Positions 1-13,949 of a DNA stretch of 64,000 nucleotides are shown one piece after another. The notes below the pieces were generated by a model, which ran no database searches, was not told where the DNA came from, and saw only the letters and a program-made list of their open reading frames with translations. The stretch spans positions 80,414,001-80,478,000 of the forward strand of contig NC_086377.1 of NCBI RefSeq assembly GCF_036588685.1, written 5' to 3'. Numbering within the stretch: the first letter of the stretch is position 1; every line of letters starts with the position of its first letter. This DNA comes from Mytilus trossulus (taxonomy: Eukaryota). A program made the position numbers and the translations under genes.

Positions 1-63
1 AATAATTTCAAGAAAAAAACTTTTTTTTTAAATTTTTGTATATAGATAAAAACATGGTTTGAT

Positions 64-240
64 TTAGCAATACATATGTGGTTTTGCACCAGACTTAAAA
101 GCTTCTAAGTCTGGGCTACAGGCTACTTGGTATGTTAGGGAATTCCACAACCTTATTGTTCTAGGAAAAAATGAATATAAATGATAGTTTGTGGGAGAGA
201 ATGGCTGTATAAATTTATGTTCTTTGGATGGTATTAGGTA
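64..240 (-). mobile_element. 5'-truncated LINE (CR1/L2-group) ORF2 C-terminal remnant
   Basis: The translation YHLYSFFPRTIRLWNSL...PDLEAFKS matches the characteristic post-RT C-terminal motif (SFFPRTIxxWNxL) of CR1-like LINEs. Confidence 0.8.
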
Positions 241-390
241 TGTATTTACTGGGATGGACTTCGACAATGAGTACAAGCCCACTTAATAAACTACAGCACG
301 GTCTTCGACAATGCCCTGAAAAAATTATCTATGAAAAAGAAACAGTATAACACATATATTACAGTGCAGTGCATTTGATTTAGTTTTTTT

Positions 391-3300
391 TTATCCTGTT
401 TGAACCAACTCTACACCACTAAGTGTTTGATATTATCCTGTTTGATCTATCTCTACACTACTAAGTGTTCGATATTATCTTGTTTGATCCATCTCTACAC
501 TACCAAGTGTTCTATATTATCCTGTTTGATCTATCTCTACACTACTAAGTGTTCGATATTATCCTGTTTGATCCATCTCTACACTACTAAGTGTTCGATA
601 TTATCCTGTTTGATCCATCTCTACACTACTAAGTGTTCGATATTATCCTGTTTGATCCATCTCTACACTATCAAGTGTTCGATATTATCCTGTCTGAATC
701 AACTCTACACTACCAAGTGTTCTATATTATCCTGTTTTATCCATCTCTACACTACCAAGTGTTCGATATTATCCTGTCTGATCCAAATCTACACTACCAA
801 GTGTTCGATATTATCCTGTCTGAATCAACTCTACACTACCAAGTGTTCTATATTATCCTGTTTTATCCATCTCTACACTACCAAGTGTTCGATATTATCC
901 TGTCTGATCCATCTCTACACTACCAAGTGTTCGATATTATCCTGTTTGATCCAACTCTACACTACCAAGTGTTCGATATTATCCTGTTTGATCCATCACT
1001 ACATTACCGAGTGTTCGATATTATCCTGTATGAACCAACTCTACACTACTAAGTGTTCGATATTATCCTGTATGAACCAACTCTACACTACCAAGTGTTC
1101 GATATTATCCTGTTTGATCCATCTCTACACTATCAAGTGTTCGATATTATCCTGTTTGATCCATCTCTACACTAAGTGTTCGATATTATCATGTTTGATC
1201 CATCTCTACACTACCAAGTGTTCGATATTATCCTGTTTGAACCAAGTCTACACTATCAAGCGTTCGATATTATCCTGTTTGATCCATCTCTACACTACCA
1301 AGTGTTCGATATTATCCTGTTTGATCCATCTCTACACTACTAAGTGTTCTATATTATCCTGTTTGATCCATCTCTACACTACCAAGTGTTCGATATTATC
1401 CTGTTTGATCCAACTCTACACTACTAAGTGTTCGATATTATCCTGTTTGATCCATCTCTACACTACCAAGCGTTCGATATTATCCTGTTTGATCCATCTC
1501 TACACTACCAAGCGTTCGATATTATCCTGTTTGATCCATCTCTACACTACCAAGTGTTCGATATTATCCTGTTTGATCCATCTCTACACTACCAAGTGTT
1601 CGATATTATCCTGTTTGATCCAACTCTACACTACTAAGTGTTCGATATTATCCTGTTTGATCCATCTCTACACTACCAAGTGTTCGATATTATCCTGTTA
1701 GACCCAACTCTACACTACCAAGTATTCTATATTATCCTGTTTGATCCATCTCTACACTACCAAGTGTTCGATATTATCCTGTTTGATCCATCTCTACACT
1801 ACCAAGTGTTCGATATTATTCTGTTTGATCCAACTCTACACTACTATGTGTTCGATATTTTCCTGTTTGATCCATCTCTACACTACCAAGTGTTCGATAT
1901 TATCCTGTGTGATCCATCTCTACACTACAAAGTGTTCGATATTATCCTGTTAGACCCAACTCTACACTACCAAGTATTCTATATTATCCTGTTTGATCCA
2001 TCTCTACACTGCCAAGTGTTCGATATTATCCTGTTTGATCCATCTCTACACTACTAAGTGTTCGATATTATCCTGTTTGATCCATCTCTACACTACTAAG
2101 TGTTCGATATTATCCTGTTTGATCCATCTCTACACTACCAAGTGTTCGATATTATCCTGTTTGATCCAACTGTTTGATCCATCTCTACACTACCAAGTGC
2201 TCGATATTATCCTGTTTGATCCAACTCTACACTACCAAGTGTTCGATATTATCCTGTGTGATCCATCTCTACACTACTAAGTGTTCGATATTATCCTGTT
2301 TGATCCATCTCTACACTACTAAGTGTTCGATATTATCCTGTTTGATCCATCTCTACACTACCAAGTGTTCGATATTATCCTGTTTGATCCATCTCTACAC
2401 TACCAAGTGTTCAATATTATCCTGTTTGATCCATCTCTACACTACCAAGTGTTCGATATTATCCTGTCTGAACCAACTCTACACTACCAAGTGTTCGATA
2501 TTATCCTGTTTGAACCAACTCTACACTACCAAGTGTTCGATATTATCCTGTTTGATCCATCTCTACACTACCAAGTGTTCGATATCATCATGTCTGATCC
2601 ATCTCTACACTACCAAGTGTTCGAAATTATCCTGTGTGATCCATCTCTACACTACCAAGTGTTCGATATTATCCTGTCTGAACCATCTCTACACTACCAA
2701 GTGTTCGATATTATCCTGTTTGATCCATCTTTACACTACCAAGTGTTCGATATTATCCTGTTTGATCCAATTCTACACTACCAAGTGTTCGATATTATCC
2801 TGTTTGATTCAACTTTACACTACCAAGTGTTCGATATTATCCTGTTTGATCCATCTCTACACTACTTATCCTGTTTGATCCAACTCTACACTACCAAGTG
2901 TTCGATATTATCCTGTTTGATCCATCTCTACACTACTAAGTGTTCGATATTATCATGTTTGAACCATCTCTACACTACCAAGTCTTCGATATTATCCTGT
3001 TTGAACCAACTCTACACTACCAAGTGTTCGATATTATCCTGTTTGATCCAACTCTACACTACCAAGTGTTCAATATTATCCTGTTTGATCCATCTCTACA
3101 CTACTAAGCGTTCGATATTATTTTGTTTGAACCAATTCTTCACTACCAAGTGTTAGATATTATCCTGTTTGATCCAACTCTACACTACTAAGTGTTCGAT
3201 ATTATCCTGTTTGATCCAACTCTACACTAGCAAGTGTTCGATATTATCCTGTTTGATCCATCTCTACACAATCAAGTGTTCGATATTATCCTGTTTGATC

Positions 3301-4326
3301 CATCTCTACACAATCAAGTGTTCGATATTATCCTGTTTGATCCATCTCTACACTACCAAGTGTTCGATATTATCCTGTTTGATCCATCTCTACACTACTA
3401 AGTGTTCGATATTATCCTGTTTGATCCAACTCTACACTACTAAGTGTTCGATATTATCCTGTCTGAACCATCTCTACACTACCAAGTGTTCGATATTATC
3501 CTGTTTGATTCAACTCTACACTACCAAGTGTTCGATATTATCCTGTTTGATCCATCTCTACACTACCAAGTGTTCGATATTATCCTGTTTGATCCAACTC
3601 TACACTACCAAGTGTTCGATATTACCCTGTCTGATCCAACTCTACACCACCAAGTGTTCGATATTATCCTGTTTGATCCATCTCTACACTACCAAGTATT
3701 CGATATTATCCTGTTTGAACCAACTCTACACTACCAAGTGTTCTATATTACCCTGTTTGATCCATCTTTACACTACCAAGTGTTCGATATTATCCTGTTT
3801 GATCCATCTCTACACTACTAAGTGTTCGATATTATCCTGTTTGATCCATCTCTACACTACCAAGTGTTCGATATTATCCTGTTTGATCCATCTCTACACT
3901 ACTAAGTGTTCGATATTATCCTGTTTGATCCAACTCTACACTACTAAGTGTTTGATATTATCCTGTCTGAACCATCTCTACACTACCAAGTGTTCGATAT
4001 TATCCTGTTTGATTCAACTCTACACTACCAAGTGTTCGATATTATCCTGTTTGATCCATCTCTACACTACCAAGTGTTCGATATTATCCTGTTTGATCCA
4101 ACTCTACACTACCAAGTGTTCGATATTACCCTGTCTGATCCAACTAAACACCACCAAGTGTTCGATATTATCCTGTTTGATCCATCTCTACACTACCAAG
4201 TGTTCGATATTATCCTGTTTGAACCAACTCTACACTACCAAGTGTTCTATATTACCCTGTTTGATCCATCTTTACACTACCAAGTGTTCGATATTATCCT
4301 GTTTTGATCCATTTCTACACTAAAGT
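391..4326. repeat. 42-bp tandem repeat array (~93 units)
   Basis: Unit TTATCCTGTTTGATCCATCTCTACACTACCAAGTGTTCGATA repeated head-to-tail with point variants and rare indels. Confidence 0.98.
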
Positions 4327-4481
4327 GCCATAAGCACCTTTTATACAAGAAGCAAGTTATTTTTTTTTTTTTATTTATTCTATATTTATAATTTTTTTTA
4401 TTTAAAAACATATCTGAATTCTGTATACTCTTAGCAGGTTCATAAAAAATGTACTATTTTCACTATATATATTTTGAATAG

Positions 4482-5517
4482 GAATTTATACTGCACATTT
4501 ATACACCCGAGTGGTTGAAGGCAGACAGTATGTTATGATATACACAATGCAAATATATTACAAAATATTAAACATCATATACCAATAGTAAAAAAATAGA
4601 TAAGTATGCAGGTGTGGTGTTCACTATTAAATTAACATCTGTGAGAATTTCAAATACTAAATGGACTATTATGCAAATGATATAACCACGTGACTATAAC
4701 CTTGCAATGCAATCACATGCCATTATAATTAAGATTTTAATTGCATGGCTTTATTTTAACTTAAGTTGATCAAATAGTAGGTTTCGGTTTTGGGTGATAT
4801 GTTAAAATTCAAGACATGGGAACTTTAACCCAGCTCGAATATGGACAGATAAAAAAACTATGGCATCTGGAAAATATACGACAATCAAACACATGCCCAC
4901 AAATCAATCAATCAATCAATCAAACAATAAAACGATAAGCAAACACGTCCATAAAATGATAAATAGAACATCACATACAATGAAACTCAAGAATAATAAA
5001 AGTCTCGGTCATCCAGCCGCTTTATTTTTCAAGCTATATTTAAATATGCGTCTGGTTATTCGAGACTAGAAGAATAAGTAATCCCAGTTACTTCCACTAC
5101 TGGTACCCATGATGGTATACCTAAGTCTCACAAATCATACAAAAGACAAAAAATATTTATTATTGTACATTCTCCGAATCGCATGAGTTTATCACGCAAA
5201 TATATATATATGAGAATTATGCAGAATGTCATATACAGTACAGTTGCAATACTTGTACATTTACATTTGCTACTAAACAGGAGGAGGGCCTCTGCTTTGG
5301 GTGCCATTTTTTTAGTGATTGATTGATTGGTGTAAGTTGAATATCAAATATACCATTAAATATATATAATACATGTATGTTGATAAACGATTTTTTCTCC
5401 ATTTCAGCCACTACACTGAACACCTGTGTCAACAATGGAAGCAGACTGCACGTATCTATGCACATGTTAGCAGTAACCTTGACCTTTATGTGGATGTATT
5501 CACGTTTATGGCAATGA
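4482..5517 (+). CDS. Last two putative coding exons of an unidentified gene with a GPI-anchor-like C-terminus (5' part upstream of window)
   Basis: Exon 4482-4527 (ttttgaatag|...|gtatgt) and exon 5408-5517 (ttttttctccatttcag|...TGA) join in frame (phase 1): EFILHIYTPEWLKADTTTLNTCVNNGSRLHVSMHMLAVTLTFMWMYSRLWQ*. Small residues NNGS are followed by a hydrophobic tail. Confidence 0.5.
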
Positions 5518-5897
5518 TGAACCTTTGAAGATAGCTACCTCAAAACTAATGAAAATAATTCCATCGAAGTGCATTCCTCATGAAACATCCATTACAAGTG
5601 CCTAACAATGCAAATCTTTATGTAAAATAGCAGCGTGCAATATGAAGCGTAGAAAATGTATATGTGTCACGTGATATGCCACGTGTTGTATGTGAAAAAG
5701 GTTTTCCCCAGTTACATATAGCAACGAGAACAACAACGAATATCAACAAATTCGTTTTGAACATAGCTTTCCTGTAGCATGTATAGTTCCATGAAGTTTT
5801 TTTTATTATTTTTGTTAAAACGTTTGATCATTGATACTGGGGACAGTATATCTATATACATGTATGTTCCTGATTGATACTTGGAACAGTATATCTA

Positions 5898-7186
5898 TGT
5901 TCCGGACCATGTGAGTATTTGGACCATACTCATATGGTCCGACCATACGCGTATACTCATATGGTCCGACCATACGCGTATGGTCCGATCGTACGCGTAT
6001 GGTCCGACCATATGAGTATATACTCGTTTGGTTACAAACGGGCCGGACCATATGAGTATTTGGACCATATAGGTATATTTTCCAAAAATATGCGTGAAAA
6101 ACTGTATAAAATAACTATGATTGTTACATTCAATTGTATTATTTAAAATTCAAAAACATTGAATACTGGAGTCAAAGCTAGTTTTCTCGCATCATCATCA
6201 ACACTGTATAGCTTTTCTTGGGTCCTGGGTCATTCCGATGTGTCTACGGTGAAACCCCTCTAGATCTCCAATATCGCTCCAATACCGTAAAATGACTGAA
6301 GTACATCATATCACCAGACAACTTTAAATAATAAACTAGTGTCCTTGCCGGTGACGTCATTCATTTTTTAAAAACAAAACACGCATAAGTATAAAAAAAT
6401 ATGAATATTGCACTGCTAATGCTAATTATATTAGGTTTCAAAAGTAAGCAATTCATTAGACTCCCCATCCTGTCGACTTTTACGTCAGGTTATAGTAAAA
6501 CAGCTCATTAAAATATTTTTGGAAGTTAACTTCCCAGGTCGACATTTCCCCATTCACTCGTAATAACATATCGGTAATGAAAAAAATATATACTATAATC
6601 TGTTACACAAAAAAAGCTTCATCTCATTGACAAATCTCTTCATGAATAAAAGTGCGACTGATATTTTTCTATTTAGTTCACATTTTAATTAACGGTTAAA
6701 AAACTTTAAAATACTTTCAAATGATTAAAATTACATCAATTTGATGTCAGTTGCACATTTTAACATGCTATGCTGAATAATACTACAGAAAATTTAATCC
6801 GGGTATAGGTATAATTTTCAGTCTTATTTTTCACCCGTCATTCAACCCAAACTCGAATTGAAAAACCCTTTGTTCTTGATTACCTTTGATCTCATCTATC
6901 CAACTTTGTTTTTACCTTTACAAACTAAACTTTTAAAAAGTAGGATAAATGAGAATGAACCTTATTTTGACTAGTGATGATATTTACTGTGTGAAACTGC
7001 TTATTTTATTTTGTTGTTCTTGTTATAACTAATTTTTAATGAAAAAAATACCTTTGGTAGTGTCTTTTTAATGACGTAGCAACTAAAACGGTTATATAAA
7101 GAGGTAAGTACATTTATGTACCTGTTAATTACCCATATGGTCATGACCATACGCGTATGGTCCAAATACTCATATGGTCTGGGACA
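5898..7186. mobile_element. Non-autonomous DNA transposon, Ginger-like (TGT...ACA termini, 4-bp TSD)
   Basis: TIRs TGTTCCGGACCATGTGAGTATTTGGACCATAC / revcomp TGTCCCAGACCATATGAGTATTTGGACCATAC. TSD TCTA at 5894-5897 and 7187-7190. Subterminal GGACCATA/TATGGTCC repeats. It interrupts a 43-bp tandem repeat that continues on both sides. Confidence 0.8.
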
Positions 7187-7311
7187 TCTATATACATGTA
7201 TGATCCTGTTTTATACTGGGAACAGTATATCTATATACATGTATGTTCCTGATTGATCCAAATATTATTTTATAGACTTAAAGAAAGAATTGATCTGAAC
7301 CAAGATATTAA

Positions 7312-7670
7312 GGAAGCTGGCTTGTCCTGTTTTGGATTTTTGTCAGATTTTCAAAATCCTCTGGTTTTATCCATTTGAATGCCATTTTTTTTTAAAATAT
7401 TTTACATGTATAATGATAAGCCAACAGTAAAAGTCTTATAAAATTTGAATATACTTTTTAACAGTTTTGAAGAACTTCAACTTGTCAATGATAAAGCTAT
7501 AAAAAGTCAAGAGAAATATTTTCCCGCCAAAATTTCAATGGCTAACATCTCGAAAACAATCATGGTGACCTATATATTTTTTTGCTCTTTGTATTTCTTT
7601 ATTAATTTCCTATCAATATAAACTAGTGTTTTGAAAAGTTAATTACTTTGAAACTGAGAAGCGAACTCCC
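7312..7670. mobile_element. Degenerate Kolobok-like MITE
   Basis: Flanked by TTAA on both sides; weak GG...CC terminal inverted repeat (GGAAGCTGGC / GCGAACTCCC). Confidence 0.45.
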
Positions 7671-8280
7671 TTAAACCAACATGTAGTCATGCATATACAA
7701 CAATCTCTAGTCATTAGTCGTAAGTAATTCTACAACTATCCGCCTTTTTTTGTTGTTGTAGTTCTCATCATATTTCAACACATATTTTCGGCCCGTTTGT
7801 TTTTATAGTTTTGATTTTTTATTATACCAATTGATTTTTTCTCCAGAACAACACTTTATGTAGTCTTATATGTTGTTTTTTGAATTCTAATGTGTGGTCT
7901 TTTTGAGTTTCTATGTTTTAATACATAGTCAGGACAATTAAGAAATGGGCATAAAAATAAAGACAAGTTACCTACAGTGGTATGATTTCACTCAATTTTG
8001 CATATAATTCTAAAAGTTAAAAAGGGAAGTAGCTCATAATTAATGGACTTTGCACAGAATAGCTAGCTGCAGGCTGTTTCCATTAGATAGAATTGTCAAG
8101 ATTGCATTGCATATTTTGTAAACTTTGGATTAGTCCTTAAGCTTTTGTTTCATCTACTAGTAGATAAATTGTGTATTTATTTGATTTATATCTTTATAAA
8201 GTTACATTTGAAAAAAAGATTTATTAATATATAATCATTTGTTTATATCTTTGTATTTTCATTTTGTTTGTATTAAACTT

Positions 8281-8380
8281 AAAATTGAGAATGAAAATGG
8301 GGAATGTGTCAAAGAGACAACAACCCGACCATGGACCAGACAACAGCAGAAGGTCACCAACAGGTCTTCATTGCAGCGAG
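8281..8380 (+). repeat. Short interspersed repeat family A (AAAATTGAGAATG.AAATGGGGAATGTGTCAAAGAGACAACAACCCGACC)
   Basis: Related copies at ~28570-28620 (rev), 37270-37335 (rev), 60225-60255 (rev) and 62855-62885. Confidence 0.75.
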
Positions 8381-11300
8381 AAATTAGTTTATTAGTAATT
8401 ATAATTTGTATTCGAACATGGAAACAGTGTCAATTGGTCCGACTTTACATTCAAATGCTGTTGTATAATAGTTGTTTTTATTGTTGAGTGTATTGCAAGG
8501 AGAATAACATATTCAACGTCTTTAATTATCTAATCATTTCTAAACATTTTATTTATTAACAATTTTTCAAACTTTTGAAAGAAGTGGCATCACAATACGA
8601 TAAAATCATTGACCTACTGACCTAGTCTACAAATGGAAATCTGACGTTCCATTGACCTACTGTCCTAGTCTTATATAACGGAAAGCTGATGTTCTATGCA
8701 TGAATAAAAGTACTTTCCTATTCGAGATAGATGGTGGGTTACCGGTGCTCAGTCAGTCAGTGTTTATCTAATAGAATTTTACTCAACAAGGTCAACAATG
8801 TCAACGAGGTCATGTAAGAAGTTGTTTTTTTTTTAGATTGTTTATTGTCTTTTAGTCAATTTTCGTTTTTGTCGGTTTTTGTCCTATTTCTGATTTTGTA
8901 TTGTCTCTTTTGTCTCTTTTTCCCTTTTTACTATTAGAGACCTTCTAAAATTCAAACTGACCAGACGCACAATACACTCACGGTGAATGCACAATGAGTT
9001 TTAGAAGATCAGTATAGACCTCCTTTACCTGTGATATAAAATCTTACGAAAGATGTCTCGGAACTTTTTATATGATAGTAACATTCAACGTGTTCTCCAC
9101 TGCATCTCATTACACCCACTCAGTAAAAGTTGCCGTCTAGGAAAATAAATCGTATGACTTTATGATCTTGTAATCCAATTCAGGATTTTGGAAAACATTT
9201 GAAAAGGTCAATAGTTCGGAATCAGAAATGTAATGTCCTCTGATAGAAAGTAAATAGCTCATAGCATTATAATAGTCTGGTAAGGGAAACAAAGAAAGGA
9301 TTTTGAAGCAATAAAAAAGTAATAAAAAGGCAGATAATAAAACGTTATTAGTTCGATTTTGCTAAGAAATCTCTCGTAAACTTATGAAGATCGTTTGAAA
9401 CTAAAGCAAAATTACAATTAAAAATTGAAAAGAATCCTTGAGGAAATCATTAAAAATAATGAACATAAAAGGCAATTGAAATTATTTTTTTTTTTTATTA
9501 AAAGTCTATTGCTTATTTTCATCGGCAAATACATTTCATTTGGTTGCTATTAGACATGTTACGAAAAGGTATATTCTCGACGCTGAGGTTGACAAATTAC
9601 ACTTTAAATTTGGGGATGGTGTCAAAACATTGATTATAGATAAAAATTAGATCATGTGCGTCTTGATGAATTCTCAAATCACAGTTATATAGAACATCAT
9701 TATGTAACATCCTAATATTATGACAATTGCTTTTGTGATATTGATGGCTATCATACGACATGAAAGGTGTCCGCGTGCAAGAGTGGATGGGCTAGAAATA
9801 GGGGGCTGAGAGTTATACATGTTCATTCGATTCAAGATTGATAATATATACATAGTAAGCCAGTTAGATAATAGTTTTATTGTTGTATTACAGTTCCGGA
9901 AAAAAATTCAATCTATCGCTGTACTAATCCCGCACAAAGGTCTTCAGTCTGATTGATTTATTCTCTCGGGTGTTACCATCAGCTTCCAATGACTCTGAAA
10001 GTTTTGAAGCGCCTTTATCGTGTTCGACATATACCCGTCACTCTGATATACACAAATTATATTTTTTACATTTTCTTCTTTCTGCTAGTGGTTTAGCTCT
10101 TAGTTGATGCCGTTTTCAAATCTAACCCTAGCCTCCTCCCTCTCCCTGAAAAAATTTTCTGGTACCTCCGTAGAGTAGTAATAGGTACACATCTATTACA
10201 ACGCCATTATGATTTTTTTAGGAAACCCCTTGCATCGTTTGCTTAAATAAAGGAAAGACCCATCGGTCATCGGTGTTAATTTTTTTTATTGTCATTTTTT
10301 ATGAAACGGTTGGCGAATTTCAACAACACTTTCCAGGAATTTATAAAATACAAAATATCTGCAAAAGGTGGAGTTAAGGTGTAAATACAAAGTATGTAAT
10401 GCTTTTGAAACTCTGCAGGAATGTTCAACTGATGAGTAGTGAGTCAAATTTTACACAAACCTCTTATCGTTCTGAACAGGCATTAAATATTTGCCACTGG
10501 ACTTTATGCAACCAATAGTCAATCAGTCACATACACCATATAAAGAAAATACAAATTGAGCAGAAACTGTTTAAATTAGGACAAAGTTGGAAAGAAATAA
10601 AGGAAGAAAATTGATACATGCCCTCGAAGCTATGTGACCGGGAGTAAAAAAATTCTAAACTAGAATGCTACCTTTTTCAAGTTAAAATTGTAAAAAAATC
10701 ATGTTTATGTGTTTTAAAACAGACTCCGTTAGATAAAAATTTAGGTGGCATATAACTGGATCAAAATACATACACTTCTTTGTGTGCTCGTCATAACTAT
10801 GTGAAAATGACCGGTACATATATTTTGTACGAGCAGGTATAAAGCAGATTGTAATATTTAAGATTATGTGCAAGGTCTATCATATTTGCAAGGGCTCGCC
10901 GAAATATTTACACAGGTAATATCTTTTGTGTTTTGACACAGTCCCCACAGTTAAAGTGTAATTTGTCAACCTCAGCGTCGTGAATATACCTTTTCGTAAC
11001 ATGTCTTTTAGGAGTTGTTTTATCATTTCAAATTGGCCGTTTCAGAGTCTAAAGCATCATGGGTTATTCCATTGTTCGTACCCCAAAGTGAAAATAACGT
11101 TACGTCATTGGTTTAATTTCCATTGTTTTGGACGTTTTCAACCAATTACGACGTTCGGTGTACATTTTTTTAAATATTACCCAGAATGCATTAGATTCTG
11201 AAACGGGGAATTATTCATTTATCTAGATATCAAACGGGCATAAACAGGACATTCTGTCAGGAAAACAGGATATTCTAAAGAGGATATTCTGGCAGGAAAA

Positions 11301-11504
11301 CTGGAAGCATTTGACATGATGGTTTTTCAATCTTTAACCATATGATACTTTGTATATACTCATTAATTTGTACCTTTATATAAGTTATATTAAGTATGGT
11401 CGTTCTACATGATGCCAATAATTAATTTACATCCCGATTAAAACTTGATTTATTTATTTATGTTTTGTTTATTTCTACAAATATTCGAACATGATCTATA
11501 AATA

Positions 11505-11640
11505 AAAGAAAATGTGGTATGATTGCCAATAGGACAACTCTCCACAATAGACCAATTGAAACAGAAATAAAAACAACTATAGGTCACCGTACCGTAATAA
11601 TTAGCAAATCAAAAACTGCTATAAAAAGGCCATGAAATGA
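11505..11640 (+). repeat. Interspersed repeat family B (AAGAAGATGTGGTATGATTGCCAATGAGACAACTCTCCAC...)
   Basis: Related copies at ~30925-31215 (rev), 32045-32240, 34490-34660 (rev), 36095-36175 (rev), 39710-39820, 53860-54297 (rev), 56495-56700 (rev) and 60285-60345 (rev). Confidence 0.8.
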
Positions 11641-12086
11641 AAACAAAAAACAAAAAACCAAGGAAAAGTGCGAGCTTCTGCTTACTGATGTATCATACTC
11701 AAATATTCAGTAAACAGTAGTTGAGTGGTGAATCTGAAAACGCATCACACGGTTTAGCCGACTTATACAATTCCTAAAACCAAATGGTTAAGTCAGGCGC
11801 ATGTAGAATGCGACATGTATGTATCATAATGAACATGGCTTGATTTTCATATGTAAGAAAGCGTCGAAATACACATCTTTACGTAGAGAAGTATTTTGTG
11901 TTCAACTGACGAGGGGAGAATTAGGGTTTTAAAATAGAGAATAATGAGCGAACACGTAAAACAAAGGAGAAAAATGACCAAAAATATAAAAGAATACAGA
12001 AATGAAGGAGCCCTGTGAAGGCTCTGGCTGATGGTGCTACAAACGTTAATATTTCTCCCACAATGCATGAGGGAAAGTGTATTATA

Positions 12087-12309
12087 TGAATTTTGTGAAA
12101 AACTAAGGCTTTTCTACCTCATGCATAGATTACCTTAGCTTTATTTGGCAAAACTTTTAGGAATTTTTGGTCCACAAAGCTCTTCAACTTCGTACTTTAT
12201 TTGGCCTTTTTAACTTTTTTCGATTCGAGCGTCACTGATGAGTCTTTTGTAGACGAAACGCGCGACTGGTGTATATACTAAATTTAGTCCTGGTATATAT
12301 GATGAGTTT
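12087..12309 (+). mobile_element. Interspersed repeat family C (GAGCGTCACTGATGAGTCTTTTGTAGACGAAACGCGCG), inserted in the first 60-bp satellite unit
   Basis: Related copies at ~54545-54890 (rev), 61710-61965 and 63010-63260. Here it splits GGGAAAGTGTATTATA | TATACAGTGTTGTCCGTC. Confidence 0.75.
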
Positions 12310-13949
12310 ATATACAGTGTTGTCCGTCTAACATATACGTCTGTGTCTCAATAACTGGGGGAAGTGTATTATACACTGTTGTCCGTCTAACATATACGTC
12401 TGTGTCTCGATAACTGGGGGGAAGTGTATTATACACTGTTGTCCGTCTAACATATACGTCTGTGTCTCGATAGCTGGGGGAAAGTGTATTATACACTGTT
12501 GTCCGTCTAACATATACGTCTGTGTCTCGATAACTGGGGGGAAGTGTATTATACACTGTTGTCCGTCTAACATATACGTCTGTGTCTCGATAACTGGGGG
12601 AAAGTGTATTATACACTGTTGTCCGTCTAACATATACGTCTGTGTCTCAATAGCTGGGGGGAAGTGTATTATACACTGTTGTCCGTCTAACATATACGTC
12701 TGTGTCTCGATAACTGGGGGGAAGTGTATTATACACTGTTGTCCGTCTAACATATACGTATGTGTCTCAATAGCTGGGGGGAAGTGTATTATACACTGTT
12801 GTCCGTCTAACATATACGTCTGTGTCTCAATAGCTGGGGGGAAGTGTATTATACACTGTTGTCCGTCTAACATATACGTATGTGTCTCAATAGCTGGGGG
12901 GAAGTGTATTATACACTGTTGTCCGTCTAACATATACGTCTGTGTCTCGATAGCTGGGGGAAAGTGTATTATACACTGTTGTCCGTCTAACATATACGTC
13001 TGTGTCTCGATAACTGGGGGGAAGTGTATTATACACTGTTGTCCGTCTAACATATACGTCTGTGTCTCGATAACTGGGGGAAAGTGTATTATACACTGTT
13101 GTCCGTCTAACATATACGTCTGTGTCTCGATAACTGGGAGAAGTGTATTAGACAGTGTTGTCCGTCTAACATATACGTCTGTGTCTCAATAGCTTGGGGA
13201 AAGTGTATTATACACTGTTGTCCGTCTAACATATACGTCTATGTCTCGATAACTGGGGGGAAGTGTATTATACACTGTTGTCCGTCTAACATATACGTCT
13301 GTGTCTCGATAACTGGGGAGAAGTGTATTAGACAGTGTTGTCCGTCTAACATATACGTCTGTGTCTCGATAACTGGGGGGAAGTGTATTATACACTGTTG
13401 TCCGTCTAACATATACGTCTGTGTTTCAATAGCTGGGGGAAGTGTATTATACACTGTTGTCCGTCTAACATATACGTCTGTGTCTCGATAGCTGGGGGGA
13501 AGTGTATTATACACTGTTGTCCGTCTAACATATACGTCTGTGTCTCAATAGCTGGGGGGAAGTGTATTATACACTGTTGTCCGTCTAACATATACGTCTG
13601 TGTCTCAATAGCTGGGGGGAAGTGTATTATACACTGTTGTCCGTCTAACATATACGTCTGTGTCTCGATAACTGGGGGGAAGTGTATTATACACTGTTGT
13701 CCGTCTTACATATACGTCTGTGTCTCGATAACTGGGGGGAAGTGTATTATACACTGTTGTCCGTCTAACATATACGTCTGTGTCTCGATAGCTGGGGGAA
13801 AGTGTATTAGACACTGTTGTCCGTCTAACATATACGTCTGTGTCTCGATAGCTGGGGGGAAGTGTATTATAGACTGTTGTCCGTCTAACATATACGTCTG
13901 TGTCTCAATAGCTGGGGGAGGTGTATTAGACAGTGTTGTCCGTCTAACT
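12310..13949. repeat. 60-bp satellite array, left arm
   Basis: Unit GAAGTGTATTATACACTGTTGTCCGTCTAACATATACGTCTGTGTCTCGATAACTGGGGG in tandem. Confidence 0.98.

Noticed and set aside
400-4323. Long Cys-rich ORFs (LYTTKCSILSCLIH)n
   Set aside because: Translation of a 42-bp satellite; open in two frames and broken by random stops and frameshifts, with no unique termini.
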